DNA of 64,000 nucleotides, from contig JAHFNB010000004.1 in assembly GCA_023267595.1 (NCBI GenBank), forward strand, positions 182 to 64,181, read 5' to 3'. A program made the translations under genes and the position numbers. The DNA comes from a bacterium (GTDB lineage: Bacteria; Patescibacteriota; Minisyncoccia; Phycocordibacterales; UBA5272). Positions 37,541 to 48,371 of the stretch are shown piece by piece. Every line of letters starts with the position of its first letter. Position 1 is the stretch's first letter. The notes below the pieces were generated by a model. The model was given only the letters and a program-made list of their open reading frames with translations. It had not been told where the DNA came from and did not search any database.

Positions 37541-37702
37541 TCATCCGTACGGTCTTGGCCATGTATCGCCAATCCATTCTGATATTTCGGGAAAGAAATA
37601 CAAGGCTAGTCCAATGAATACACATGCACAGATGAATGTAGATAGGGCAGGGACTCGATCTGATGCAAACCACAGAATGATTTCGTCTTCTTTAGGAAAC
37701 AT
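37541..37702 (-). CDS. Small hypothetical membrane protein (53 aa)
   Basis: AGGAGG SD before MFPKEDE...; one TM segment. Confidence 0.5.
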   Translation of the reverse strand: MFPKEDEIILWFASDRVPALSTFICACVFIGLALYFFPEISEWIGDTWPRPYG

Positions 37703-37749
37703 ATGTCCTCCTATTGGTCTGTAAATTATGCTATAATTAGCAGTTGCAT

Positions 37750-39795
37750 ATGTCAAGTAAAGATCATAGAAAACGAGAAGGAACATTTATATTAAAGGGC
37801 TTTATTCCTGCAGGTGATCAACCAAAAGCAATCAAAAGTCTTGTGGATGGATTACAGAAAGGAATAAAGCGACAAACACTTCTTGGTGCTACAGGCACAG
37901 GGAAGACTTTTACTATTGCAAATGTAATAGAGAAGATTCAAAAACCAACACTTGTTATTGCTCATAATAAAACACTTGCAGCCCAACTTGCACAAGAGTT
38001 TCGAACATTTTTCCCAGATGCTGCAGTGCACTATTTTGTATCGTATTATGACTACTACCAACCAGAAGCCTATATGCCAGTTACGGATACCTATATTGAA
38101 AAAGATGCACAGATCAATGAAGAGATAGATAGATTACGTCATGCATCTACCCAAGCGCTTCTTACACGAAAAGATGTGATCATTGTCGCATCAGTGTCAT
38201 GTATTTATGGTCTTGGTTCACCAGTTGATTATGAAAGAGAAAATATACGATTATCTGTCGGAGATTCTGTTTCAAAAGTAGGGCTTATGCAAAAGTTTGT
38301 AGGAATTTATTATGAGAGAACAAATGCGGATTTATCTCCAGGGACATTTCGTGCCCTTGGAAACAGAATAGATATTATGCCTATTTCTGAAACAATTATG
38401 CTTCAGTTAGAAATCGCAGGTGGAAAGATCTCTCATATGCAAGTTGTAGATCCTGTATCTATGAAACTTTTAAAAGAAGTGGAGAGTTATTTTATTTTTC
38501 CCGCAAAACATTTTATTTCAGATGTACCAACACGTGAGCGCGCCGTAAAAACAATTGAGCAAGAATTAAAAGAACAACTTGCATATTTTGATAAAGAAGG
38601 AAAAATATTGGAAGCAGAAAGACTTAAGCGTCGTACACGCTATGATATTGCCATGATTAAAGAAGTGGGATTTTGTCAGGGAATTGAAAATTATTCACGA
38701 CATTTATCTGGTAAAAAAGAAGGTGTAGCACCAGATACACTTCTTGAATATTTTCCACATAATGAAAAAGGAGAACCAGAGTTTTTGACTGTGATTGATG
38801 AGTCCCACGTAACTCTCCCACAATTACACGGCATGTATGCAGGAGACCAATCACGAAAGAAAACACTTGTAGAGTATGGCTTCAGACTTCCTTCTGCAAA
38901 GGATAATAGACCATTGCGTTATGAAGAATTTGAACAACGTGTGAGTGATGTTGTATACGTAAGTGCGACACCTGGTGATTATGAAAGAAAAGAATCTGAA
39001 CAAATTATAGAGCAGATTATTCGTCCGACAGGATTATTGGATCCAGTACTGGATGTACGCCGTGTTAGTGCTTCAGGAAATTATAAAGGGCAAGTGACAG
39101 ATTTTATAGGAGAAGTAGTAAAAGATGTAAAGTCAGGTGGACGAGTACTCGTGACAACACTTACCAAAAAAATGGCAGAAAATTTGGCAGAGTATTTGAA
39201 AGAACAAGGTGTAAAAGCAGAGTATGTACATAGTGATATAAAAACAATGGAACGTATTACTATTCTGACAAAGTTTAGACGTGGAGAATTTGATTGTTTG
39301 GTTGGAGTTAACTTACTTCGAGAAGGATTGGATTTACCAGAAGTGACACTTATTGGAATACTTGATGCTGATAAAGAGGGGTTTTTACGTAGTGAAACAT
39401 CACTGATTCAAACAATTGGGCGTGCTGCACGTAATTCAAAAGGTCGTGTAATTTTGTATGCAGATGTTATGACAGGTTCAATGGACCGAGCAATTAATGA
39501 AACAAATCGTAGACGCAAAATTCAAGAAGACTATAATAAAGAGCATAATATTACTCCAACAACAATTGAAAAAAATATTAAAGATATCACTGAAGAGTTA
39601 CAAAGTACACATGCAAAAGCAGTAAATGCTGAACTTGAAATTGATAAAAAATTATTTGCAAAAAATCCTGATAAGTTAATCAAGTTGAAAGAGAAAGCAA
39701 TGAAAGAAGCCGTAAAGATTCTTGATTTTGAAACAGCAGCAATATTACGTGATGAAATAGAAGTGTTGCAAGAAAAGTTACGTACTACACAATAG
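37750..39795 (+). CDS. uvrB: Excinuclease ABC subunit B
   Basis: GATGTGKT, YYDYYQPEAY beta-hairpin, DESH, QTIGRAARN. Confidence 0.98.
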   Translation: MSSKDHRKREGTFILKGFIPAGDQPKAIKSLVDGLQKGIKRQTLLGATGTGKTFTIANVIEKIQKPTLVIAHNKTLAAQLAQEFRTFFPDAAVHYFVSYYDYYQPEAYMPVTDTYIEKDAQINEEIDRLRHASTQALLTRKDVIIVASVSCIYGLGSPVDYERENIRLSVGDSVSKVGLMQKFVGIYYERTNADLSPGTFRALGNRIDIMPISETIMLQLEIAGGKISHMQVVDPVSMKLLKEVESYFIFPAKHFISDVPTRERAVKTIEQELKEQLAYFDKEGKILEAERLKRRTRYDIAMIKEVGFCQGIENYSRHLSGKKEGVAPDTLLEYFPHNEKGEPEFLTVIDESHVTLPQLHGMYAGDQSRKKTLVEYGFRLPSAKDNRPLRYEEFEQRVSDVVYVSATPGDYERKESEQIIEQIIRPTGLLDPVLDVRRVSASGNYKGQVTDFIGEVVKDVKSGGRVLVTTLTKKMAENLAEYLKEQGVKAEYVHSDIKTMERITILTKFRRGEFDCLVGVNLLREGLDLPEVTLIGILDADKEGFLRSETSLIQTIGRAARNSKGRVILYADVMTGSMDRAINETNRRRKIQEDYNKEHNITPTTIEKNIKDITEELQSTHAKAVNAELEIDKKLFAKNPDKLIKLKEKAMKEAVKILDFETAAILRDEIEVLQEKLRTTQ

Positions 39796-39856
39796 TTGCA
39801 AGAATATAAGGTAGATGTAGAATGTAAAAGAGATAGGTACATTTAAGGAGATTTCT

Positions 39857-40195
39857 GTGCATAAGACAGGGTTTTTTGGTGAAGAAAAACTCAAGAAGGC
39901 GGCTAGTTTTTTTGGAGAAAAGGGATTTAATTTTGAAAAAACCTTTGGGACGGTAAAGATTGATTTTAGGCAGTTGTACATTATGCTTGGTACAACGCAA
40001 GAAGAATTTTCAAAGGTGTTTGGTATTCCCATTGAAACATTAAGAATGTTTGAAGAAAAAAAGAGGGGATTTCCAGATGAATTGCATGTTCTTCTCGTTA
40101 CTGCATATAATTCGAAAGATGTGGTATTGGCACGACAAGATATAATTATATACAGAACCAAGGTAGAAATTTTTGGAGAACAGTCACATACATAA
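39857..40195 (+). CDS. Small XRE-like HTH protein
   Basis: LGTTQEEFSKVFGIPIETLRMFE; AAGGAG SD with GTG start. Confidence 0.65.
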   Translation: MHKTGFFGEEKLKKAASFFGEKGFNFEKTFGTVKIDFRQLYIMLGTTQEEFSKVFGIPIETLRMFEEKKRGFPDELHVLLVTAYNSKDVVLARQDIIIYRTKVEIFGEQSHT

Positions 40196-40283
40196 GTGAC
40201 TGTTTTGTTTTCTTATTCATCACATAGTGATAATTTCGTCAAGTTTTTGCGTGTCCCTACATAAAAGCATATACTGAGCCCAT

Positions 40284-40817
40284 ATGAAGACATACATTTC
40301 CATACTCCTTGTTGTCTTGGGTCTTGGGGTGATTGTCTCTGGTGGATATCTCTATACAAAAAATAGTTCGAAACAAATATCGTCAACGGTGAAATATGAT
40401 ACTGTTCCAATGAAATTATATACATCATCTCTTACTCGTTTTCACGATGGCGATAAGAAAATTGACTACAGTTTTACTATTCCAGAGAATGCAACGGTAA
40501 TACCTGGCATGGATGGTGCTCTCACTAAGATTACTACTGCTACATCATCGTATGCAACAGTGTATGTAAGTTATGAAGGAGGCAGAGGATTTACCCCACT
40601 TGATTATATTAATGAAATTGTCGCACCACATGTATCTGTCATAAATCCAACAGGTGTTGTTACTATTGGAGATCGTGTGTGGCAAGTAGCAGAATCAGAA
40701 GGGAGTGAATGGCATATTGCACAAGTTGGAGATAATAAGTGGCTTTTCATTGTTGAGAATAAAAAGTTTAACCATAGTTTAGTGGAAAAGACTCTTGAGA
40801 GTGTAACGGTTAAATAG
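40284..40817 (+). CDS. Hypothetical membrane-anchored exported protein
   Basis: N-terminal TM then a polar beta-rich domain; TATACT 8 nt before the ATG. Confidence 0.75.
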   Translation: MKTYISILLVVLGLGVIVSGGYLYTKNSSKQISSTVKYDTVPMKLYTSSLTRFHDGDKKIDYSFTIPENATVIPGMDGALTKITTATSSYATVYVSYEGGRGFTPLDYINEIVAPHVSVINPTGVVTIGDRVWQVAESEGSEWHIAQVGDNKWLFIVENKKFNHSLVEKTLESVTVK

Positions 40818-40937
40818 AGGTTATAGAGAAGAGAAAATAGGGAGAATACTAGCACCTGTTGAGTCTAATATACCCTCTCTATTCTTCTTTCTTAGATGCT
40901 AATTTTGTGGTATAATCCATCAGTTAAGCCGTTATTT

Positions 40938-43556
40938 ATGTCTTTAAAGAAACAAGAATCACATAATAAACATTTAGAAAGTATCATTGTTCGTGGTGCG
41001 CGAACTCATAATCTCAAAAATATTACTGTTGAGATGCCGCGTCACACAATGATAGTTTTTACTGGTCTTTCAGGATCAGGGAAGTCATCTCTTGCATTTG
41101 ATACTATTTTTGCCGAAGGACAACGTCGTTATGTAGAATCTCTATCTGCATATGCACGTCAATTTTTGAATCAAATGCAAAAGCCAGATGTTGATGAAAT
41201 AGTTGGCCTTTCTCCTGCAATTTCAATAGATCAAAAATCTGCTGGAAGAAATCCTCGATCAACAGTTGCAACGATTACAGAAATATATGATTATCTCCGT
41301 GTGCTTTATGCACGTGTAGGTAAACCATATTGTGTAGATTGTGGAGCAAAAATACAAAAACTTTCTAATGAGGAAATCATTCATTTTATTTTAGATAAAG
41401 TAAAGGCAGTTGATTTTAAGAAAATAAAGAAAGAAATGCTTGGTGTGGAGTTCTCTCATGCAGAATTACATATTATGGCGCCACTTGTGCGTGGACGAAA
41501 AGGAGAGCATTATCAAATGCTTTATGACATGTTAGGAAAAGGGTACACCGAAGCAGTTGTAGATGGTGAGAGAAAATCTCTTCGTGAACAGATAGTACTT
41601 TCAAAGACTAAGAAACATGAGATTTCTATAATCGTGGACTCTATTGCGTTGGATGATTTTCGTTTAAAAGCAAATGAAAAAGATGCAATGATTCGTCTTT
41701 CAGAAGCAATTGAACGAGCATTACATGAATCAAATGGATTACTTGAAATAGAAATTTTAGGTGAGAAGACTATTATGAGTAATAAGTTTTCATGTGCAAA
41801 TTGTGGTTTTTCTTTTCCAGAAATTGAACCTCGTCTTTTTTCTTTTAACTCACCCTATGGTGCGTGTCCTACGTGTAATGGTCTTGGTACAAAATATTTT
41901 GGGGGATTAGATGCGTGTGATGATTGTCACGGGAAGCGTCTTAGACCAGAAGCACTTCATGTATATCTTGATGATAAAGAAAAAATAAATATTGTAGATA
42001 TTACTGCACTTTCTATTAAAGATGCGCAGGCATATTTTGCACGTATCCCTCTTACAAAAAAAGAACAAGAGATTGCGTCTGTGGTGATTAAAGAAATAGA
42101 GTCTCGTCTTATATTTATGCTTGATGTTGGACTTGATTATCTTTCACTTAACCGTAAAGCAGATACATTATCTGGTGGAGAAGCACAACGTATACGCCTT
42201 GCATCACAACTGGGATCAAAACTTGTAGGAGCACTCTATGTCCTTGATGAACCAACTATTGGTCTTCATCAACGTGATAATGATAGATTAATCAAGACAC
42301 TTCTTCATCTGCGTGACATGGGAAATACTATTATCATAGTAGAGCATGATGAAGATACTATTTATGCATCAGATTATATTGTTGATATTGGTCCAAAAGC
42401 AGGAGTACATGGAGGAGAAGTTGTTGTATCTGGATATTTAGATGAATTATTAACTGCTCCAAAAAATAAATCCGGCAGTGTAACACTTTCATACCTTCGT
42501 GGAGAAAAAGAGATACCTGTTCCTGCTCGTCGTGAACAAGATAAGGGAACTATTAGAATTACTGGTGGAAATATCTTTAATATTAAGGATATGAATGTAT
42601 CACTTCCACTTGGAAAATTAACGGCAATTACAGGAGTATCAGGATCTGGTAAGAGTTCATTTATGTATGAAATTTTACACAGAAATCTTCTCGCACGTTT
42701 AGAACGTCGTCATAGAAGTGCACAGGTACACAATGTGACTTCAATTACAGGAACTGAGTATCTTTCACGTGTGGTATTGATTGATCAAGGTGCAATTGGT
42801 CGCACACCACGTAGTAATCCTGCGACATACACTGGCGCATGGACTCATATTCGAGATTTATTTGCTGAATCTGAAGAAGCACGTATTCGTGGATGGAAGG
42901 CATCACGTTTTTCTTTCAATGTAAAAGGTGGACGATGTGAAGCATGTCAGGGAAATGGTGAAATTGCAGTAGAGATGCACTTTTTACCAACAGTGTATGT
43001 GCAGTGTGATGTATGTCAGGGAAAGCGATTCATGAAAGAGACACTTGAAGTGAAGTGGAAAGGAAAAAGTATTTACGATGTGTTACGTATGACTGTCGAA
43101 GAGTCACTTACTTTTTTCCAAGACATTCCTGCCGTTTATGATCGAGTAAAAACACTTGATGATGTAGGACTTGGATATCTTGAACTGGGACAATCTGCAA
43201 CGACACTCTCTGGTGGGGAAGCACAACGTGTAAAAATTTCTTCAGAACTTTATCGTCCTCATGTAGAAAAAACAATATATCTTTTAGATGAACCGTCTAT
43301 CGGGCTTCATTATGAAGATATAGCAAAGTTAATTGAGATATTAAATAAACTTGTTGATAAAGGAAATACGGTTGTACTTATTGAACACAATCTCGATATT
43401 GTAAAAAATGCGGACTATATTATCGATATTGGTCCTGAAGGTGGTGTAGGGGGTGGAAATATTGTTGCAACAGGTACTCCAGAGACAGTTGCAGGAAATG
43501 TAAAGTCGTATACTGGTCAGTATCTCAAAAAAGTTTTAAAGAAAAGTAAGAAATAG
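40938..43556 (+). CDS. uvrA: Excinuclease ABC subunit A
   Basis: Two ABC ATPase domains (GLSGSGKS, GVSGSGKS, LSGGEAQR) and Zn fingers. Confidence 0.98.
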   Translation: MSLKKQESHNKHLESIIVRGARTHNLKNITVEMPRHTMIVFTGLSGSGKSSLAFDTIFAEGQRRYVESLSAYARQFLNQMQKPDVDEIVGLSPAISIDQKSAGRNPRSTVATITEIYDYLRVLYARVGKPYCVDCGAKIQKLSNEEIIHFILDKVKAVDFKKIKKEMLGVEFSHAELHIMAPLVRGRKGEHYQMLYDMLGKGYTEAVVDGERKSLREQIVLSKTKKHEISIIVDSIALDDFRLKANEKDAMIRLSEAIERALHESNGLLEIEILGEKTIMSNKFSCANCGFSFPEIEPRLFSFNSPYGACPTCNGLGTKYFGGLDACDDCHGKRLRPEALHVYLDDKEKINIVDITALSIKDAQAYFARIPLTKKEQEIASVVIKEIESRLIFMLDVGLDYLSLNRKADTLSGGEAQRIRLASQLGSKLVGALYVLDEPTIGLHQRDNDRLIKTLLHLRDMGNTIIIVEHDEDTIYASDYIVDIGPKAGVHGGEVVVSGYLDELLTAPKNKSGSVTLSYLRGEKEIPVPARREQDKGTIRITGGNIFNIKDMNVSLPLGKLTAITGVSGSGKSSFMYEILHRNLLARLERRHRSAQVHNVTSITGTEYLSRVVLIDQGAIGRTPRSNPATYTGAWTHIRDLFAESEEARIRGWKASRFSFNVKGGRCEACQGNGEIAVEMHFLPTVYVQCDVCQGKRFMKETLEVKWKGKSIYDVLRMTVEESLTFFQDIPAVYDRVKTLDDVGLGYLELGQSATTLSGGEAQRVKISSELYRPHVEKTIYLLDEPSIGLHYEDIAKLIEILNKLVDKGNTVVLIEHNLDIVKNADYIIDIGPEGGVGGGNIVATGTPETVAGNVKSYTGQYLKKVLKKSKK

Positions 43557-43609
43557 TTGTTTTGGTAATAAAAAAGGCGATGCCGTAGCATCGCCTTTCC
43601 TGCAGTCTT

Positions 43610-43804
43610 TTATAACTGAGGGTTGTTTTGTCTTTCTGTACCCTCTTGTATTGGCACATACCCCCCGTAGTGCACCCTCGAGTGGCATGCCGGACGAGTA
43701 CTCTCAACCTTAGTACCATCAGGGAGTACCCGAACTTCGGGAGGCAAGGGTTTATCCGGCCTCTCGCAGTTTTGACAGTCGTGCCTTCCGTGCTTACACG
43801 GCAT
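43610..43804 (-). CDS. Small Cys/His-rich hypothetical protein (64 aa)
   Basis: AGGAGGAGGAG SD; MPCKHGRHDCQNC...; terminator at 43573-43598. Confidence 0.5.
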   Translation of the reverse strand: MPCKHGRHDCQNCERPDKPLPPEVRVLPDGTKVESTRPACHSRVHYGGYVPIQEGTERQNNPQL

Positions 43805-43952
43805 GATTCTCCTCCTCCTGTATCTGTTCAATTACATGTGGTACAAGACTCTCCACCCCAAGAGGTGATGGGTCATTTCTTGTTGGCCAAGGCCAACGAA
43901 GCCTTATGCCAAATGCTTGTGCAGATGTCGTAATAATGTGTTGAATATTCAC
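43794..43952 (-). CDS. Small hypothetical protein (52 aa, absent from ORF track)
   Basis: Hand translation from GTG 43952; its end overlaps the start of the next ORF. Confidence 0.3.
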   Translation of the reverse strand: MNIQHIITTSAQAFGIRLRWPWPTRNDPSPLGVESLVPHVIEQIQEEENHAV

Positions 43953-44061
43953 AGTAAAACCTTTTTCTAGAACTTTTTTAAAGAACTTCTTCCCTTTTCA
44001 CATCTAGCAATTTGGTTGCCCATAAGTTGCCAAAGTGAGTATTTATAGTACAATACATTTT

Positions 44062-45276
44062 ATGAAAAAGCAAGCCTTGTCCACACTTTCACTCCCAGAT
44101 TTTCCGGGGGTCTATTTTTTTCGTGATAAAGAAGGGAATGTTTTATATATTGGAAAAGCAACATCACTTAAGGATAGAGTCAGAAGTTATTTCAATCCTG
44201 ATTTAATGAAACAACGTGGATTACGTCTTGTAACCATGGTAACGATTGCAGATACTGTTACCTATCAAAAAACAGAAAGTGTTCTCGAGGCATTACTTCT
44301 AGAAAGTAAATTTATCAAAGAATATAATCCACCATATAATGCAAAAGAAAAAGATAATAAAAGTTTTACCTGTGTTGTGATTACCAAAGAAAAGTTTCCA
44401 CGAGTATTAACCATGCGGATACGAGATTACGAGAAACGATTTTCTAAAAAAGATGTTTTGAAGGTATATGGTCCATTTGCTTCTCTTACCCAATTGCGAG
44501 AAGCAATGAAAATTATACGTAGAATGTTTCCTTATCGAGATAGATGTGAACTACATCAACTGAAGCCTTGTTTTAATGCACAGATACGATTATGCCCAGG
44601 AGTATGTGTTGGGTTAATTTCTGAAGTGGAATATAAAAGACATATAGACAATATTAAGAAATTATTTGAAGGTAAAAGGACAGAAATAAAGAAAAGCCTG
44701 GAAAAAGAAATGCAGGATTATGCAAAAAAACATTTATTTGAAAAGGCAGGAACCGTGAGAAATACACTCTTTGCACTTGATCATATAAAAGACATAGGAT
44801 TAATTAAAGAAGAGGATATATTGTCTTTTAAGAATAATGATTTTCGTATCGAAGGCTATGACGTGGCACATATTTCAGGAAGTTCTCGGGTAGGAGTAAT
44901 GACAGTTATTGTCGGTAGGGAAAAAGAAAAGGATGAGTATAGAAAGTTTAAACTTCCAGAACATATTAATGATGACTATGCAGGATTACGAGAAATACTC
45001 ATTCGTCGCTTTTCTCATAAAGAATGGCGTTATCCAGATCTTGTTGTTATAGATGGTGGTGTGGCACACAAACAAACTGCGGAAAAGGTTCTTGCACACT
45101 TAGGACTACTTATCCCTGTTGTTTCTGTAGTGAAAGATGAACGTCATAAACCAAAGGACATACTGGGAGATAAAGTACATGTGGATTACCATAAAAAGGA
45201 AATACTTTTATCAAATTCTGAGGCACATAGATTTGCTATTGGGTATCATAAAACATTACGAAATAAGGTCGTATAA
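44062..45276 (+). CDS. uvrC: Excinuclease ABC subunit C (short form without C-terminal HhH)
   Basis: GVY..YIGKA GIY-YIG, IEGYDVAH, DLVVIDGG, EAHRFAI. Confidence 0.9.
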   Translation: MKKQALSTLSLPDFPGVYFFRDKEGNVLYIGKATSLKDRVRSYFNPDLMKQRGLRLVTMVTIADTVTYQKTESVLEALLLESKFIKEYNPPYNAKEKDNKSFTCVVITKEKFPRVLTMRIRDYEKRFSKKDVLKVYGPFASLTQLREAMKIIRRMFPYRDRCELHQLKPCFNAQIRLCPGVCVGLISEVEYKRHIDNIKKLFEGKRTEIKKSLEKEMQDYAKKHLFEKAGTVRNTLFALDHIKDIGLIKEEDILSFKNNDFRIEGYDVAHISGSSRVGVMTVIVGREKEKDEYRKFKLPEHINDDYAGLREILIRRFSHKEWRYPDLVVIDGGVAHKQTAEKVLAHLGLLIPVVSVVKDERHKPKDILGDKVHVDYHKKEILLSNSEAHRFAIGYHKTLRNKVV

Positions 45277-45291
45277 TCGCATGCGATAAGT

Positions 45292-45316
45292 CATGTCAAG
45301 GTTTACTCTTGACATG
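45292..45316. promoter_or_regulatory. Inverted repeat upstream of nrdA
   Basis: catgtcaag-N7-cttgacatg; contains TTGACA on both strands. Confidence 0.4.
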
Positions 45317-45400
45317 GTAGTGAAAGACAAAAAAGATGGCTTTTACTTGATTTATATATACACTGGATATATTAATCAAATGTAATTTATAAGGCCTGCT

Positions 45401-48331
45401 ATGTCTATTCTACAAACTATTAAAAAGCGAAATGGTGAGATTGTTTCTTTTGACGCCGAGAAAATAGAAAGAGCAATTAAGAAAGCATTCTTGAGTGTTA
45501 CTCGGGATGAAAAGGCTCCAATTGCCAAGCATATCACCGAACTTGTAGCCAAAGAATTAGAACTAGAAGCCATTACGCGGGAGGGATATGTGCCATCTGT
45601 AGAACACACACAGGACTTAGTAGAAAAGAACATCATGAGTGCAGGATTTTTTGATGTTGCTAAGCATTACATTATTTATCGTTTTGAACACGCAAAAATT
45701 CGTGAAGAAAAGAAGCAGGAGATTCTCGAAAAGGTAGAAGAAGGAGGGCTTTATATTACGAAGAAGGATGGAACAAAGCAAAAGTTTGATCTTGAAAAAG
45801 TTCGTTTTGCTATTAACAAAGTTATTCACGGATATGAAAAAGAGATTAATGTTGAACAGATTTTAAATCAAATAAAATTGGAAGTGTACGAAGCAATGCC
45901 AACCAAAGAAATCAGTAAGGCTCTCGTGATGACGGTGCGATCACTCATTGAACAAGATCCGGCATATGCATATCTCGCATCACGATTAGTTCTCGTACAG
46001 ATTAATGAAGAATTAATCGGAAGTGATGTTCTTGATTATACAAATATTGATGAACAATATAAAAATGCATTCGTAACAGGAATACGAAAAGGTATTGAAC
46101 GTGGGATACTTGATCTTCGTATGGCTAACTTTGATTTAGGACGTCTCGCATCTTCTCTTGTACGATCACGTGATGAACTCTTTATGTATTTGGGTACTCA
46201 GACATTATATGAGCGATACCTTGCGCGTGATGTAGAAGGGGATGGACGCATTATCGAACACATTCAGGGATTCTGGATGCGTATTGCTATGGGGGTTGCA
46301 CTTGCAGAAAAAGAACTTGATCGTACAACACGAGCAATAGAGTTTTATGAGGCAATGTCGACACTACGTTTTGTACCATCATCACCAACACTTTTCCATT
46401 CAGGAACAAAACATCCACAACTATCTAGTTGTTACTTAAACACAGTAGGAGATTCACTTGAAAGTATCTTTAAGGTGTATGCAGATAATGCACAACTATC
46501 AAAATGGGCAGGAGGAATAGGGACTAATTGGTCACGTGTGCGTGCGTCAGGTGCCCTTGTGAAAAAATCAGGTATTAAATCAAATGGTCTTGTTCCATTC
46601 CTCAAGATTGCTAATGACGTAACAGTTGCTATTAATCGTTCTGGTCGTCGTCGTGGGGCAACATGTGTGTATTTGGAAAATTGGCATCTTGATGTAGAAG
46701 AGTTTCTAGATCTTCGCAAGAATACGGGCGATGATCGTCGTCGTACTCATGATATGGATACTGCATTATGGATTTCAGATCTTTTTATGAAGCGTATTCA
46801 AGCAGATGCAGATTGGACACTCTTCTCACCAGATGAAACACCGACACTCACTGAAACATACGGAGCAACATTTGAGAAAAATTATATCCAATATGAAAAA
46901 GATGCAGATGAAGGGAAGATAAAATTATTCAAACACATTAAAGCACGTGAACTATGGCGAAAAATGGTGACTATGCTTTATGAAACAGGACACCCTTGGA
47001 TTACATGGAAAGATCCATCAAACATTCGTTCTCCACAAGATCATGCCGGTATCGTTCATAACTCAAATCTCTGTACAGAAATTACTCTTAATAATAGTGA
47101 AGAAGAAACAGCAGTGTGTAATCTCGGATCATTAAACTATCAACGTCTTATGCGTGATGGAAAGTTCGATGTTGATATGGTAGCAAGTACAACGCGTACA
47201 GCAATTCGTATGCTCGATAATGTCATTGATGTAAACTTTTATCCAACAGTAGAAGCAGAGCGAAGTAATTTTCGTCATCGACCAATTGGGCTTGGTCTTA
47301 TGGGATTCCATGATGCACTCTATATGATGAATATCAATTTTGATTCTGAGGAAGCAGTAGCCTTTGCAGATGAATCAATGGAACTTATCTCGTATCATGC
47401 CATCTTGTCATCTGCTATGCTTGCACGTGAAAAAGGTGCTTACTCAAGTTATAAAGGAAGTAAATGGGATAGAGGAATATTCCCTGTTGATACCTTATCA
47501 CTTCTTGAACAAGAGCGTGGAATGGATGTTCCAATTTCAAAAGCAGGGAAATTAGACTGGACTCCAGTACGTGAAGCAGTGAAGCAATACGGTATGCGAA
47601 ATTCAAATACCATGGCCATGGCACCAACGGCAACGATTTCAAACATTGCAGGGTCTGTTCCATGTATTGAACCAACATATAAAAATATTTATGTGAAATC
47701 AAATATGAATGGTGAGTTTATTATTCTTAATCCATACCTAGTTGCAGATTTGAAAGCACTTAATCTTTGGGATTTTGAAATGATCGGTATGCTTAAGTTT
47801 CACGATGGATCATTAAAAGATATTCCGTCTATTCCACTTGCGGTAAAAAATAAATACAAGGAAGTATTTGAGATTGAACCTTCATGGATTATTCGTTCTG
47901 CTGCACATCGTGGTAAGTGGGTAGATCAATCACAGTCACTTAATATTTATTTTGCAGGGACATCAGGTCGTGAACTTGCAAGTATTTATGAATATGCATG
48001 GTCTGTAGGACTTAAGACAACATATTACTTGCGATCACTAGGTGCATCACAAGTGGAGAAGAGTACAGTAAATGCGTCAGAGTTCGGTTCTACACATAAA
48101 CGTGATGCAGGAGAATCAGTCTCATCATCTATAACTTCTGAAGTGTCTGTTCCATCACTAGTGTCTATGCCTGTATCTGCACCTGTTGCACAAGTCTCTA
48201 CAGTTGCACCGATTATGTCTATGGTTCCACCAATGATACCGAAAGAAACTGTAGAAGTACTCGCACAGAAACCAAAGATGAAATACAACATCACGGTAAT
48301 GCCAGAAGCAACATGTGATGGATGTCAGTAG
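45401..48331 (+). CDS. nrdA: Class Ia ribonucleotide reductase alpha subunit with two ATP cones
   Basis: IKKRNG and ITKKDG cones, LSSCY, SNLCTEI, KTTYY, terminal CDGCQ. Confidence 0.97.
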   Translation: MSILQTIKKRNGEIVSFDAEKIERAIKKAFLSVTRDEKAPIAKHITELVAKELELEAITREGYVPSVEHTQDLVEKNIMSAGFFDVAKHYIIYRFEHAKIREEKKQEILEKVEEGGLYITKKDGTKQKFDLEKVRFAINKVIHGYEKEINVEQILNQIKLEVYEAMPTKEISKALVMTVRSLIEQDPAYAYLASRLVLVQINEELIGSDVLDYTNIDEQYKNAFVTGIRKGIERGILDLRMANFDLGRLASSLVRSRDELFMYLGTQTLYERYLARDVEGDGRIIEHIQGFWMRIAMGVALAEKELDRTTRAIEFYEAMSTLRFVPSSPTLFHSGTKHPQLSSCYLNTVGDSLESIFKVYADNAQLSKWAGGIGTNWSRVRASGALVKKSGIKSNGLVPFLKIANDVTVAINRSGRRRGATCVYLENWHLDVEEFLDLRKNTGDDRRRTHDMDTALWISDLFMKRIQADADWTLFSPDETPTLTETYGATFEKNYIQYEKDADEGKIKLFKHIKARELWRKMVTMLYETGHPWITWKDPSNIRSPQDHAGIVHNSNLCTEITLNNSEEETAVCNLGSLNYQRLMRDGKFDVDMVASTTRTAIRMLDNVIDVNFYPTVEAERSNFRHRPIGLGLMGFHDALYMMNINFDSEEAVAFADESMELISYHAILSSAMLAREKGAYSSYKGSKWDRGIFPVDTLSLLEQERGMDVPISKAGKLDWTPVREAVKQYGMRNSNTMAMAPTATISNIAGSVPCIEPTYKNIYVKSNMNGEFIILNPYLVADLKALNLWDFEMIGMLKFHDGSLKDIPSIPLAVKNKYKEVFEIEPSWIIRSAAHRGKWVDQSQSLNIYFAGTSGRELASIYEYAWSVGLKTTYYLRSLGASQVEKSTVNASEFGSTHKRDAGESVSSSITSEVSVPSLVSMPVSAPVAQVSTVAPIMSMVPPMIPKETVEVLAQKPKMKYNITVMPEATCDGCQ

Positions 48332-48371
48332 ATAGTCAAAAGAAAAATAAATTATTTAAATTATAAATCCT

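Noticed and set aside
39857-40195. Toxin-antitoxin pair
   Set aside because: The HTH gene has no adjacent toxin-like ORF and is followed by its own terminator.
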